From: a virus
Lineage: Duplodnaviria > Caudoviricetes
DNA: 64,000 nt
Direction: 5' to 3' (one strand)
IMG/VR virus record: IMGVR_UViG_3300042090_001530
Location: 128,001-192,000 of that record
Shown: one piece after another, positions 51,661-62,035 of the stretch
Position numbering within the stretch: the first letter of the stretch is position 1
How the letters are laid out: each line of letters starts with the position of its first letter
Notes under the pieces: generated by a model
What the model saw: the letters and a program-made list of their open reading frames with translations, nothing else
The model's database searches: none
Told to the model about the DNA's origin: nothing
Translations under genes and position numbers: made by a program

Positions 51661-53283
51661 TACCGCATGGTGCAGGATATTGCGCGCAGCATTGACCTCG
51701 CGGTCAAGCTTCATACCGCACTTGATGTTCCCGCACCGGAAAACCACCTGCGTAAGCGGGATGCTTGGGTCTCGCCATCCACACTTGCAACAGGTCTGAC
51801 TCGACGGCAGGTCCCCGGCCGCAGCCCGGAACCGCGTACCCCACTGCGCCGCCTTGTACTCCAACTGGCGCCGCAACTCGGCAGGCGCCGTGTCCAGGAT
51901 CGCCCGGTTGAAGCCGGCCTTCACCTTCACGTCGCTGCCGGGCGCCTCGACGGTGCCCTTCGCGGACCCGGTCATCTGCCGGACATTCAGGTCGCGGACA
52001 GCGATCTCCGGATAGTTGATCGCTATGCTCGCGGAGATCTGGTTCAGGGTGCCGCGCCGCGCCTCCGCAGTCCGATGATGCACGCGGCCGAGCCGCCTGA
52101 CCGCCTTGGCACGGTTCGCCGACTGCGCCTGACCGCGCACGAACGGCTTACGCGCCACAGCCTGCGACGCCTTCACCAAAGCCCGCTTGTGCCTCTTGCC
52201 GTACCGAGGATTCTCATACGCAGTCTCGTCCGACAGGGCGACCAGGGTACGAACACCCCACTCGACGCCGACGGCCGGGCGCATCCGCTGCCGTTCCTTG
52301 GAGACCTTCTGCCGGGCCCGGGAGACCTCCTCGCGGTGCCGCATCGCCTCCGGGGACAGTTCGCACAGCACCGACGCGTACCAGCGGGAGCCGCCCCGGG
52401 AGATCGTCACCGACTTGACCACCGCGTGGCCCCGGTCGATCAGCCGCGCGAGGGGCTTGCAGGACTCGAACAGCCGGACCGAACCGATCCGCGGCACGTT
52501 CAGCCGGCGGTGTCCGTCGGGCCGGATCGACGGGTTGTGCACATCGTGGAACAGGGTGAACGAGTCGGTCGAGCGGCCCTTCTTCTTAAACCGGGGCCTG
52601 CCCATCGCCCGGCCGACCCTGGCCCCGGTGCGCGACGCCATCCAGTTCTGCATCGCCGCCTGGGCGCGGTCGAAGCCGTTGGTGAAGCAGTACACGGAGA
52701 CTTCGGGATGCCACGGGGAGCCGCCGTCTGCGGCGTCCTGGTCGCGGATTTCGCGCCACATGGTGGTGCAGTCCATCGCGGACGGGATCGCGTCGCCGCG
52801 CTCGAATCGGGCCTTCTTGAACTGCAGCACCTCGCGGCGCACGGCAGCGAGTCGCTCCTTGATCTCCAGCAGGTCGGGGCGCGTCTTGTCCTTGACTGCG
52901 GCCATCAGGGCTTTGCGCTCGTCGTCGAGCCGTTTGGTGTCGGCGGCCAACTCGGCGGCCTCGGCTTTGAGGATCGGCCGGGCCTGCTTGTCCCACTGCT
53001 TGATCCGCTCGCCGCGCACCTGGGCCGTCCACGCAGCGGTGGACTTCTCGTCCAGGCCGTCGGGCGGCTGCGGCATCGGCCCGGCGATCCGGGTGATGAC
53101 CTCGTCGCGGCGCGCCTCCCAGGCGAGTTGGGCTTGGGACATCCATGCGATGCCGCGGTTGGTGGCCCACCGGGTGGCGCCAGCATGCCGGGCGAAGTCG
53201 GCGAGTTGGGCTTGGGTTGGGTCGAGGGCGAACCGATAGGCGCGCAGAACTGGCGCGGGCGCTTCGGTTTCAGCGGTGGCCAT
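51496..53283 (-). CDS. tnpB: CRISPR-adjacent TnpB/Cas12-like protein, RuvC-inactivated (595 aa)
   Basis: LRAYRFALDPT HTH, RPRFKKKG, Zn finger CCKC/CGNIKC; RuvC-I GVEWG (D>E341), RuvC-II AVRDL (E>R430), RuvC-III DREVNAA (D>E529). Confidence 0.9.
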   Translation of the reverse strand: MATAETEAPAPVLRAYRFALDPTQAQLADFARHAGATRWATNRGIAWMSQAQLAWEARRDEVITRIAGPMPQPPDGLDEKSTAAWTAQVRGERIKQWDKQARPILKAEAAELAADTKRLDDERKALMAAVKDKTRPDLLEIKERLAAVRREVLQFKKARFERGDAIPSAMDCTTMWREIRDQDAADGGSPWHPEVSVYCFTNGFDRAQAAMQNWMASRTGARVGRAMGRPRFKKKGRSTDSFTLFHDVHNPSIRPDGHRRLNVPRIGSVRLFESCKPLARLIDRGHAVVKSVTISRGGSRWYASVLCELSPEAMRHREEVSRARQKVSKERQRMRPAVGVEWGVRTLVALSDETAYENPRYGKRHKRALVKASQAVARKPFVRGQAQSANRAKAVRRLGRVHHRTAEARRGTLNQISASIAINYPEIAVRDLNVRQMTGSAKGTVEAPGSDVKVKAGFNRAILDTAPAELRRQLEYKAAQWGTRFRAAAGDLPSSQTCCKCGWRDPSIPLTQVVFRCGNIKCGMKLDREVNAARNILHHAVPLASDIGESLNACGGGQSPSGDRRLSTPLSKQEGQSRRRGGSSRGSDPPASLDS

Positions 53284-53340
53284 GTTCTACTCCTTCCCGG
53301 TTCGGCCCTGCAGGTGCGTCAGATTTTAGCGGGTACGTCC
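53284..53340 (-). promoter_or_regulatory. Putative promoter and RBS of the tnpB-array-cas operon
   Basis: -10-like TAAAAT (~53322-53327) and AGGAG RBS 6 nt before the ATG; -35 not clear. Confidence 0.45.
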
Positions 53341-55552
53341 GACACTGGCGCGGCAGTCTCGCGAGCCCCTCGTGGCGGGTGGGCGCCGTCACCACATCCG
53401 GCAAGCGCGCCAGAGCCCGACCGCCACAGCCTCCATGCGGTGCTCGATCAGCCATGCGGCGGTCGCGTCCACACCCCGCGTGGCGCGCAGCCGGACCCGG
53501 GTCCTCCACGGCAGTGGCGGGTGGCGTTTCCACTGGCCGTTCGGCTGCCGATAGAGGTAGGGCGCGGGCTGTCGGTCAGTCACCGTCGCGCACCCCATCC
53601 TTGCCGTTGAATCGCAGCGATTCGCGGATCTGGCGCTCGGGGAGCGGTTTGCCGCGTCCGTCCGTCCATGGCCGGCCCACGGGTCGATCGGCGTGCGTGT
53701 AGGCCCAGACTCTCGCATGGTCGCCCAGGTACCAGAGGGGTGTGCCGCGGCCGTCGGTGCGCACGGTGAAGCCTTCGCCGGCTTCGTAGGTGAACGATGC
53801 ACCGGACGGTTCGGAAGCGTGGCTGGGGTCGATCAGGTCGGCGACAACTCTGAGGCATCTACCCGCGAACGCGAGGATCACGAGGCGCCCCACTCGGCCG
53901 CTGTCGCGACTTGGCCGGTCACCATCCTGGATGCCTTCCCATGTAGACGTCGTACCCCACGGCGCCCTCGACGGCCACGATCCCGGCCGCCGCTTCCTGT
54001 CCGGCCTGAACGTACCCGACGTAGTTCGGGTCGCTGATCGCGGCGGCCGTGGGCGGCACGCCGAACACGCTGCCGAAGCCGAGGTCGTCTTCGGGTTCCG
54101 TAGCGGCGGTCGCGTACTTGGACCGCGGCGAGCGGGGACGGTCCGGGTGTGGTGCCGCGCGGGTCACACGGTTCTCTCGGTCGCCCTTGTGCATCCGTTC
54201 CCGAAACTCGTGCAGGGCGATGCCGCCTTCGGGCCAGGTTGCGCCGGTCGCGAGCCAACCGTCGAGCTGCGCGAGCATGATGGACTGCGGGGTGGGTTCG
54301 CGGTCGAGCATTGGGGCTCCAGCGTTCCACCAGCGAACGCCCTCGTTGACCCGGTCGTGGGTCATCGGGAACTTGTCGGCGGTCAGGCCGAGTTCGGCGC
54401 GGTACGCCTCGAAAACGGCGAGCCGTTCCTTGCCGGGCCATTCGCCGGGGTAGGCGGGGAGCAGGCGGTCGGGGATGTCCATGTCACCCATTCTCGCCGC
54501 CGCCTGCCGCGATCCGTTCGATCTCGAGCCGGTCACGCTCCAGCCGTTCCTCAAGTTGCTCCAGCGTGGACGGGGCGAACGTGTCGCAGCCGCACCGGCC
54601 GTAGCGCGTGCCGCCGGGCAACTCGCGGGCGACGCTGACCGCGCACGGACCGCGCTCATGGGAGGCGTAGTGGTGGCGGCAGTTCTCGCACCCGACCGGC
54701 AGGAACATCGCGCAGTCGGCGCACACGAACCCGCCGACGGTGAACCGGACGTACGGGGCCTTCGGCTCGCCGCAGGTGCACTCGCAGCATGAGCGACAGC
54801 GCTCGCAGAGTTCCGCTTCGCCGCCGGGATGCCACCAGTTGCTTCCGCCGTGGCAGTCGCGGCAATCCGGGTGCCCGGTCCTGTGGGCCGGCGGCCCGCA
54901 GGCAGCGCTGGCCGTGTCGAGTGGCGGCGGGGCGTTGCGCTGCGAGTACGGCACGATCGGCAGGTCGGGGCGCATCGCGGACAGTACCGCGTCGATCGGC
55001 CCGTTGGTGAACCCGAGTTGATCGGTGGTGATCGCGGTGAACGTGGCTCCGCAGCCGGGTTGCCCGTGGCTGTCGCCGTGCCCGGAGATCGTCTCATGTG
55101 CGGTTTGTCCGCGGACGAGGGTGCCGCGGCCGCAGTGCGAGCACTTCGATGTATAGCTACTGACGATTATGGTCGCGGTCGCGCCTGGCGTGGACGGCTC
55201 GTCGCGGTATGCGTTGTACGAAGTCTCGCTCACTGCTCGCCACCGCCCACGCCGGCCCGCCCGGCTAGGAACTGCTCGACCCACTGCGCGTTCGCCTCGC
55301 GCGAGTCGTCATACTCGATCCACCGGTCGCTGGCACTGATCTCGCTGGCCGTGATGACGCCTTCCCGGAAGCACTCGTCCCATTCGTCGCTCAGCCGGTC
55401 CCTCACGCGCGGGTCGGTCGCCCGGTCCCGCTCGGCCATGATCAGAGGGCAGTTGCGGAAGAACGTGCCGTCCGACTGCTTGCGATACCAGGTACGGGGC
55501 GCGGGTCCGCTTTCGGTCCGGCGGTGGCGGGTTCGACCCCAGCGGATGCCGG

Positions 55553-56494
55553 TCACGACTCGCCACCTTCCTCGCCGACCCCGAGTGCCTTGTCGAGCCG
55601 TTCCGCATAGTCGGGTGCGAGCAGGTCCGTGATCGCGAGCCCGTGGGCGAAGGAGTAGCCGCGGAAGTTCTCCGGGCTGATCTCCAGCATCCCCGGGTTG
55701 CGACGGAGGCCTTCGAGCGCCCGGCGCCAACGCTCGTCCTCAGGCAGTTCATACCACAGGTCCGAGGAGCAGTCGGCGTACAAGGCCTCGCGGTCTGCGG
55801 CTTCGGGGTAGCCCTGTTCCCATTCGGCACGGCCGTCTTCGGTCTGCGCCCAGTAAGGTGCCCAGCCCTCGGGCATCGGCGGCGGGGACCAGTGCGCAAC
55901 ATCTGCGTTCGGGAACTGGTCGCACACCGAGTAGGACATGACTATGGGTTCGTCATCGCGGTCGAGCAGTAGTTTGATGACGTCCCGCCAGCCCTGATCC
56001 GACCACTTCCGCTCGTCGTTGCGGTCCGTGTACCACTGGCCCTCGCGGAAGATCCCCGCGTTGAGGCCCTCGGCGATGACGCTCGCGAGCCACGCCCGGT
56101 TGATGCCCTCGACGTAGCAGTGGATCTCGCACTGGCCGTGCAGCCGCGCCGCGAGCCTGACCGTGTCGTTGCCGTACTTCAGGGCCGTGTTCAGCCGGAG
56201 CGCGAACGACTCGATCTCCTTGTCCTTCCATGTGAACATCTCACCGTAGAAGCCGCTCCGGAACGCGGTGGCGAACGTGTCGCGCCACATCGGAATCCAG
56301 CCGGGGGACTGCCGGTCCGTCTTGTGCAGGTAGTGGTCGGGGCGGATGAGGCCGAGGATCCGGTCCACGTCGTCGTGGTAGATGGATCCGAGGAATCCGT
56401 CCGTCAGGTGGTCGACGAGTAGCCCGCAGTGCGCGCGTTCGGAGCCGCGCAGTTCGGCGTCGCCGTGCCGGGAGTGAAAGTAGACGCGACTCAT
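55553..56494 (-). CDS. Hypothetical phage protein
   Basis: MSRVYFHSRHGDAELRGSERAH...; ATGA-type overlap with the upstream ORF. Confidence 0.55.
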   Translation of the reverse strand: MSRVYFHSRHGDAELRGSERAHCGLLVDHLTDGFLGSIYHDDVDRILGLIRPDHYLHKTDRQSPGWIPMWRDTFATAFRSGFYGEMFTWKDKEIESFALRLNTALKYGNDTVRLAARLHGQCEIHCYVEGINRAWLASVIAEGLNAGIFREGQWYTDRNDERKWSDQGWRDVIKLLLDRDDEPIVMSYSVCDQFPNADVAHWSPPPMPEGWAPYWAQTEDGRAEWEQGYPEAADREALYADCSSDLWYELPEDERWRRALEGLRRNPGMLEISPENFRGYSFAHGLAITDLLAPDYAERLDKALGVGEEGGES

Positions 56495-56680
56495 CGGCTC
56501 GTTCCGTTCTCGGCGTCGTGCTTCGGTGCGACGCCGTCGAGGATCTGCCGGATGTCGCGGGCGAGCTCGAGATAGTTCTGCTCGCCGCCGTAGGGATGCT
56601 GCGCGAGACGCTCCTCGACCCACTCGGGCGGCGGCAAGAGTTCGGCGAGACGCGTCTTGAGCCGGTCCAGTTGGCCGACG

Positions 56681-56959
56681 TCACCACTCGTCATCGTCGT
56701 CCACCTCCTCTTCCGGGTGCAGCGTCGCGTGCAGCGCCTTCGTGGCCATCTGCTCGAGCCGGTCGCATTGGGCCGGGGTGAACGTGCCGTCCGTGCGGGC
56801 GAGCGCGACACCGGCCTGCACACGCCGGATCTTGTCCGGGTAGGAGCCTTCCGCGGCGAGGATCGTGGTCCGGTAGTGCTCGTACAGCCATGCCGGGCCG
56901 ACTTGGACCTGCGTAGTGCGATCACCAGCCAGCAGGGTGACAGTGACAGTCTCGGGCAC
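56681..56959 (-). CDS. Hypothetical protein, paralog of 41115..41399
   Basis: AGDRTTQVQVGPAWLYEHY...KIRR...TFT...DRLEQMA...HPEE. Confidence 0.65.
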   Translation of the reverse strand: MPETVTVTLLAGDRTTQVQVGPAWLYEHYRTTILAAEGSYPDKIRRVQAGVALARTDGTFTPAQCDRLEQMATKALHATLHPEEEVDDDDEW

Positions 56960-58009
56960 GTCAGCCTCCGAGTTCGGCGATGTACGTCGGGTAGACGGTC
57001 GGTCCCGCGTAGTGCAGGCATTCGCACTTTGGCTTGATCGTGCCGACGCCGGACTTGTGGAACGGCTCGCCCTTCCATACGCACGCACCCGAGCCGTCGG
57101 CATGGAAGCTGATGCCGTGCCGGCACACGCAGATCGGCTTCGGGTCGGGCTTCAGTTTGGGCGCGCGGCGCAGCCTGCCAACGCGCCCGGCACCGTAGCC
57201 GCCGGCAAGGATCCCGGCCCCGGCGAGCAGCGAGAACGGGTCAAGCATTAGAGCCCCTAGCGGCACCTGCGTGCGACGGCGTCGCATGCTCCTTGGTCTC
57301 GTGCTCGTCGGCGAGCGCCATCCAGTCGGCCAGCGTCGGCTCGCCCGTCTCCTCGTCCGGCTGGACCCAGATCAGTCGCACGTCCTCCTGGTAGTTGTCG
57401 TCCTCGGTGCAGTCGAGACACCACAGTGCCGGCTTCAGGCTCGCCTCGTCGTAGCCGGGCTGATAGCGGCGGTAGTCGGTCTGCATGGTCATCGTCTCCT
57501 CGTTGCCGGTTTTGGTTTTCACGCCGTCTCACCTTCCGCCCGTTCGATCACTTCGACGAGCGCGCCTATGTCGGCGATCCCGAACGCGATCCGCTGCCCG
57601 CTGGCCAGGTCGACCGCGAGCGTCAGGTTCCTGCCGAGGCCGTAGTACGCCTCGTGCACTGTCGCGTCGAACGTGACGCGGACGCGGCGAGTGCGCTTGA
57701 TGCCCTCGACCAGTTCGTCCTCTGCGCCAGCCTCGTGCAGTGCTGGGCGCGGAGGGATGAGCGGTTCGGGCTTCGGCTCGCGCGGACGCTTCGGCTTCCC
57801 GGCGGGCGCTGGCTTGGCGGCGCTCGGGCGCTGAACCGGCCGCAGGGGCACCTCGAACAGTGCGCCCGGCTCATCCGTCGCCGAAGGGCTCGAGAGCGGC
57901 GACGCGGCTTGCCGCGGCTTCCCTTGGGCGCCCCTACGTCGGGCTGCGTCGAACGGGATGACGACTCCGCTGGCGGGATCGTCCATCGTCTTCTCCTTGC
58001 TGGTATTGG

Positions 58010-60379
58010 TCATGCGGCGGTTCGGGCCTTGAGCATCAGGCCCATCACTTCGGCTGCCGCGGCCTGCTCCGAGAACGCGTCGCCCGCGTTCCCGTCCAGC
58101 ACTGCGGCTGTGATCGAACGCTTTCCGGAGACGACCTGCCACATGTACTCGTCCACCGTGCCCTCGGCGAGGAACACCGGGAAGTCGACGGGTCGGGTCT
58201 GGCCGATCCGGTGCATGCGCGCCGCCATCTGCTCGATCTCCGCCCACGTCCACGGCACCTCCGCCATCGCCCCGTGCGCCGCAGCGGTGAGCGTGTGGCC
58301 GACGCCGCCGGCCTGCGTGGAGACTGCGATCACCGGGGCCTTGCGGGCGGGCAGCGACTGGAACGCGGCCTTGTCCGCCTCGACGGACTCGGTGGACTGT
58401 CCGCCCTGGATCCGCAGGCCGGTGAACGTGGCCGCGTAGTGGTCGACGACCGGCCGGTGGTGCGCGGCCACCATGACCTTCTCGCCACGGGCCGTGAGCT
58501 TCTTCACGTGCCGCGTCACGGTGGCGGTCTTGACGTTCCCGACGAGTTGCCGCAGCAGGTTCAGGCGCACCAGCACTTCCGCGGACATGGCCTTGCGGCA
58601 GAACTGGTCGCGGGCGACCGCGTCGGACAGGTCGATGCCGCGCGACTCGGCGAGCTCGATCAGTGCGGCGAGGAAGTCATCCTCCGCACTCCGGTAGGCG
58701 GCCATCGCTTTCGCATTCACGGCGTCCGGGCCGAGCCACTCCGGGCGGATCGTGAGCTGCGGCAGGTTCAGTGCACTGTCGCCGCGGCGCAGGTAGATCC
58801 CGGCCGAGCGCAGCTTCAAGTGCAATTCCTCGAGGTTGGAGGCGCCGTCGAACGTGGTGCCCCACTCGCCCGCCTGCGGGCCGCAGTACCGGTATTTGAA
58901 CGGCCACTCGCCGCCCATGTCCTCCAGGCGCCCGAGGATCCGCAGCTGCTGGAGTAGCTCCTTGGGTCGGTTGACGATCGCCGTGCCCGTCAGGCACAGC
59001 ACGAGTCCGCCGCGGCCGGCGACGTGCGTGCCGAGCGTCTCCATGGCCTGAGAGCGGGCGGCGGCGGCCTCCTTGCCGAAGTGCGACTCGTCCACGATCA
59101 GCGCCTTCGGGTTCAGCTTCACCAGGGCCTTGGCCCATCCGGCGCGGTTGCGCTTCGCGCCGTCCACCGTGGCCTTGTACGTCTCCTTGAGCACATCGAA
59201 CCCGATGACCACGACGTGCGTCCCGGGCGGGACCGGGGTCGGGGCGTTGCCGGAGGCGACGAACACGCGCCGGTCGGGGAAGAACTTCGCGACCTCGGCC
59301 AGCCAGTTCAGCCGCAGCGACGTCTTGCACACGATCACTGCGGGCCAGGCGTCGTCCACTGCGACGGCGGCAAGGGACAGCAGGGTCTTGCCGAGGCCCA
59401 TCTTGTCGCCGATCAGTACCTGTCGGTTCGCGGCGATGAACTCGAGGCCCGCGTGCTGGTGCGGCTTCAACGTGCCCGCGAGGCCCGGAACGGTGATCTC
59501 GCCGCGCCCTGGGGAGAGGGCGATCGATGCGCACAGGTTGTACGCCTCGCGCTCCACGGCCCCGCCGGCAGCCTCACGCACGTCCTGCGCCACGCGCAGC
59601 CCGCGGGCGTCCGCGAGTGCCAGGGCCTCCGGGATCGAGCCCTGGGGGACTGTCCAGGCCCCGGACGGCTTGTCCCAGCGGCGACCGGGGATCGCACGGA
59701 CCTCATCGAGGACGCCGCTACCGGGGTACGTGTCGAAGCGGATCGCGATCGACCCGTCGTCGGTGAACGCGACGTTCGGCTCGGTCGGGGTCTCGGGCAC
59801 GACGGGCGCGGGCGGGTTGTCGGCCAGCTGCTCGACCTCCGGGTCCACGGGGATGCCGTGGGTGCGGGCGAACTCGCGCACCTGCGGCGCGGAGGACGGC
59901 GGGTACAGGTTCACCTTCGACCGGGCGCCGAACTCGGCGCGGTACGCGCGGCCGGGGATCTGCTTGGTGGCCTCGACCATGTCCGGGTCGTACGGGAAGC
60001 CGAGCACGATCACGGGCTGGCCGCCATTGGTCGCGGTCTCGCAGAACGAGAGGGCGGCGATGCGCTCCGCGTCGCGCTGTGCCTGGCGCCGCCCGGTCAG
60101 GGTGTCGCGCACCTGAGCTTCGGGATCCTCGGGCACCGGCAGGTCCTCGAACTCGATCCCGGCGGCGGCCAGCTGGCCGCGGTAGATGCGGGCGAGCTGG
60201 TAGGCGCCGACCGCTGCGTCCTCGTCCCACAGGGCGGCGGGGATCGAGGCGAGGTAGTGGCCGAGCGGGACGTCCCCGGCGTTGAAGCCGCGCCCGTCAT
60301 CCTCGCGCGCTCCGTCGCACTGCCCGGCGATCACGCCGATGGCCTCGGCGAGAGGGCTCCAGTCCAGCTTCGTCATCAT
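58010..60379 (-). CDS. SNF2-family (HARP/SMARCAL1-like) helicase
   Basis: LKPHQ, GDKMGLGKT, DESH, LTGTAIVN, QMAARMHRIGQ; N-terminal HARP-like RRWDKPSGAW; GAGGAG RBS before ATG 60379. Confidence 0.9.
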   Translation of the reverse strand: MMTKLDWSPLAEAIGVIAGQCDGAREDDGRGFNAGDVPLGHYLASIPAALWDEDAAVGAYQLARIYRGQLAAAGIEFEDLPVPEDPEAQVRDTLTGRRQAQRDAERIAALSFCETATNGGQPVIVLGFPYDPDMVEATKQIPGRAYRAEFGARSKVNLYPPSSAPQVREFARTHGIPVDPEVEQLADNPPAPVVPETPTEPNVAFTDDGSIAIRFDTYPGSGVLDEVRAIPGRRWDKPSGAWTVPQGSIPEALALADARGLRVAQDVREAAGGAVEREAYNLCASIALSPGRGEITVPGLAGTLKPHQHAGLEFIAANRQVLIGDKMGLGKTLLSLAAVAVDDAWPAVIVCKTSLRLNWLAEVAKFFPDRRVFVASGNAPTPVPPGTHVVVIGFDVLKETYKATVDGAKRNRAGWAKALVKLNPKALIVDESHFGKEAAAARSQAMETLGTHVAGRGGLVLCLTGTAIVNRPKELLQQLRILGRLEDMGGEWPFKYRYCGPQAGEWGTTFDGASNLEELHLKLRSAGIYLRRGDSALNLPQLTIRPEWLGPDAVNAKAMAAYRSAEDDFLAALIELAESRGIDLSDAVARDQFCRKAMSAEVLVRLNLLRQLVGNVKTATVTRHVKKLTARGEKVMVAAHHRPVVDHYAATFTGLRIQGGQSTESVEADKAAFQSLPARKAPVIAVSTQAGGVGHTLTAAAHGAMAEVPWTWAEIEQMAARMHRIGQTRPVDFPVFLAEGTVDEYMWQVVSGKRSITAAVLDGNAGDAFSEQAAAAEVMGLMLKARTAA

Positions 60380-60410
60380 GTCCACTCCTCAACCAGCCTT
60401 TCAGCGTCTA

Positions 60411-60466
60411 CTCAGTTGACACTGACCACTATGCGCCGCACACTCGAGAGTGTCAACTGAGTTGAC
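60411..60466. promoter_or_regulatory. Divergent promoter/operator switch
   Basis: Perfect 13-bp inverted repeat CTCAGTTGACACT (60411-23) / AGTGTCAACTGAG (60449-61); palindrome GTCAAC-TGA-GTTGAC (60452-66); minus-strand TTGACA-N17-CATAGT. Confidence 0.7.
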
Positions 60467-60505
60467 GGCCAAGGTGTCCACTGGATTGACGGGACACCAC
60501 CTGCG

Positions 60506-60754
60506 ATGATCGGGGACGTGGAGGACGTGAGCAGCAGAATCAGACGCCAGGCGCGCAAGAATGCGGCCGGGCAGATCGCCATGGAGAAACTCGTCCTCGA
60601 AGCCCACCGGGACGGGCAATCGCTGCGCCAGATCGCGAAAGACGCGGCGATGACCCCGGAGGGCGTCCGCAAGATGATCGCCCGGGTCGAGCACGCGACG
60701 GGCGTCGCCACGCAGCTCGACGGCGACTCAGGGCTCATCGGCGACGTCAACTGA
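60506..60754 (+). CDS. Small HTH repressor-like protein
   Basis: AHRDGQSLRQIAKDAAMTPEGVRKMI; divergent from the helicase. Confidence 0.75.
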   Translation: MIGDVEDVSSRIRRQARKNAAGQIAMEKLVLEAHRDGQSLRQIAKDAAMTPEGVRKMIARVEHATGVATQLDGDSGLIGDVN

Positions 60755-62035
60755 CCGCTTCGGGCGCAGGTGCTCGGGCACCAAGAACGTTGGACACTTG
60801 CCCTTCCCGGAGTAGCGCTGCTGTCCGTACTTGAGCGTGAGGTTAAGCAGCACGTCCGGCGTGATCTCGCCGCCTTCCTTCATGAGCTGGGTCCGGGCTT
60901 GCTGCTCGCAGATCCGGAAGATCCTCGGCTTGCGGAAGTCGAACTCCGTGCCCAACAGATTGCGAGCCTCGGCCCCAGCGGCGTCCAGGCCGTCGTAGAG
61001 CGCCCGCAGGATCGCTGCGGGCTCCTTGCCCGGCGCGTAAGGCAGACACTCGGTGTACGGGCGCTCCCTGGGCTCCCGTGGGGCCTCGTGGTCAGCCGGT
61101 CGAGTCTCGGGCCAGTCGAAGTCGTCCAGGTCCGCCTCGGGTGGGATGCCTCCGCCGTTCTCCTTGCGCAGTCGCATCAGTGCCAGCGCGATCGTCTTGC
61201 GTGCGTACGGGCCGTCCGGCTCCTCGTGGAAGTCGGAATCCCAGCTGAGCCCGAGCGATTTGCGGGCCGTAGTGGCGGCCCAGTCGAGCACGCCGCCGCG
61301 GCTGTCTTCGAGGGTGCCGAGGATCTCGTCGAGTCGGGCAGCATCGAGTTGGGCGAGGTGCGCGTCGAGCCTCGCAGGCAGCGGGCGCGTCTTGGCCGTT
61401 TTCGTCGCAGCCTGCTTGACCACTTGGATATCGCCCGCCGATGCGTGAGCGTCGGCCCGCGATGCGTCAGCATCGTCGGAAGGGATCCCTGATGCGACCG
61501 CATCAGGCTGACGCGGTGCCGCGTCAGCGACACCAGGTTTTTCTTTCTTACTTTCCTTCTTACTCTCCTTATAAGTACTTGGCCCCCGGGTTTCCGGCCC
61601 GTGGTTAACCGGCCCGTGGTTTTCCCGGGGCCGGTCTGAACTGGCCTTTCTTGCACGCTCGTGGCCTTTGCCCTCATTTGGTGGCACCGGAACGAGGTCA
61701 GGACGCTCGGCGAGCCACGCATCAGCAAGCCCCTTGGCGACGGCCGGAGTGCTACCCGCGAACGACTTGGTTCGCAGGTGTCCACGTTCGTTGCGGTATC
61801 GGATCCGCACGATGTAGCCCGCGACTTCAAGACATGCCCAGGCGCCCGTGGTGCCTTCGACGCCTTCGCGCGACTGGGCGCCGAGGCGTTCCGCCGTGTT
61901 GTCCCAGCCGGATGGGTAGCTAAGGAGTTCGACGAGCAGTCCGAGCGCGCGGCGGGTGATGCGCGGGTCGCGGGCGGTCTCGACGGGAATGGGCACCCAT
62001 CCGGCGCCGTCGGGAACGGGGCTAGCGTTGATCAC
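60728..62035 (-). CDS. Phage-type replication initiator (N-terminal wHTH)
   Basis: WVPIPVETARDPRITRRALGLLVELLSYPSGW...LEVAGYIVR; low-complexity linker; start uncertain. Confidence 0.7.
   Translation of the reverse strand: MINASPVPDGAGWVPIPVETARDPRITRRALGLLVELLSYPSGWDNTAERLGAQSREGVEGTTGAWACLEVAGYIVRIRYRNERGHLRTKSFAGSTPAVAKGLADAWLAERPDLVPVPPNEGKGHERARKASSDRPRENHGPVNHGPETRGPSTYKESKKESKKEKPGVADAAPRQPDAVASGIPSDDADASRADAHASAGDIQVVKQAATKTAKTRPLPARLDAHLAQLDAARLDEILGTLEDSRGGVLDWAATTARKSLGLSWDSDFHEEPDGPYARKTIALALMRLRKENGGGIPPEADLDDFDWPETRPADHEAPREPRERPYTECLPYAPGKEPAAILRALYDGLDAAGAEARNLLGTEFDFRKPRIFRICEQQARTQLMKEGGEITPDVLLNLTLKYGQQRYSGKGKCPTFLVPEHLRPKRSVDVADEP
61536..61636. repeat. Putative replication origin inside the initiator gene
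   Basis: CCGGCCCGTGGTT at 61594 and 61609 (15-bp period, degenerate flanking copies) beside an AT-rich tract at 61536-61580. Confidence 0.5.

Noticed and set aside
50992-51799. ORFs 50992..51537, 51219..51482, 51305..51799 and 51308..51499
   Set aside because: These are translations of the repeat-spacer array with periodic peptide repeats.
51496-53283. Calling the effector Cas12m or an active Cas12n/Cas12f
   Set aside because: It has a TnpB-type N-terminus and 3' omegaRNA-like motifs, and all three RuvC residues are substituted. A subtype cannot be assigned without a phylogeny.
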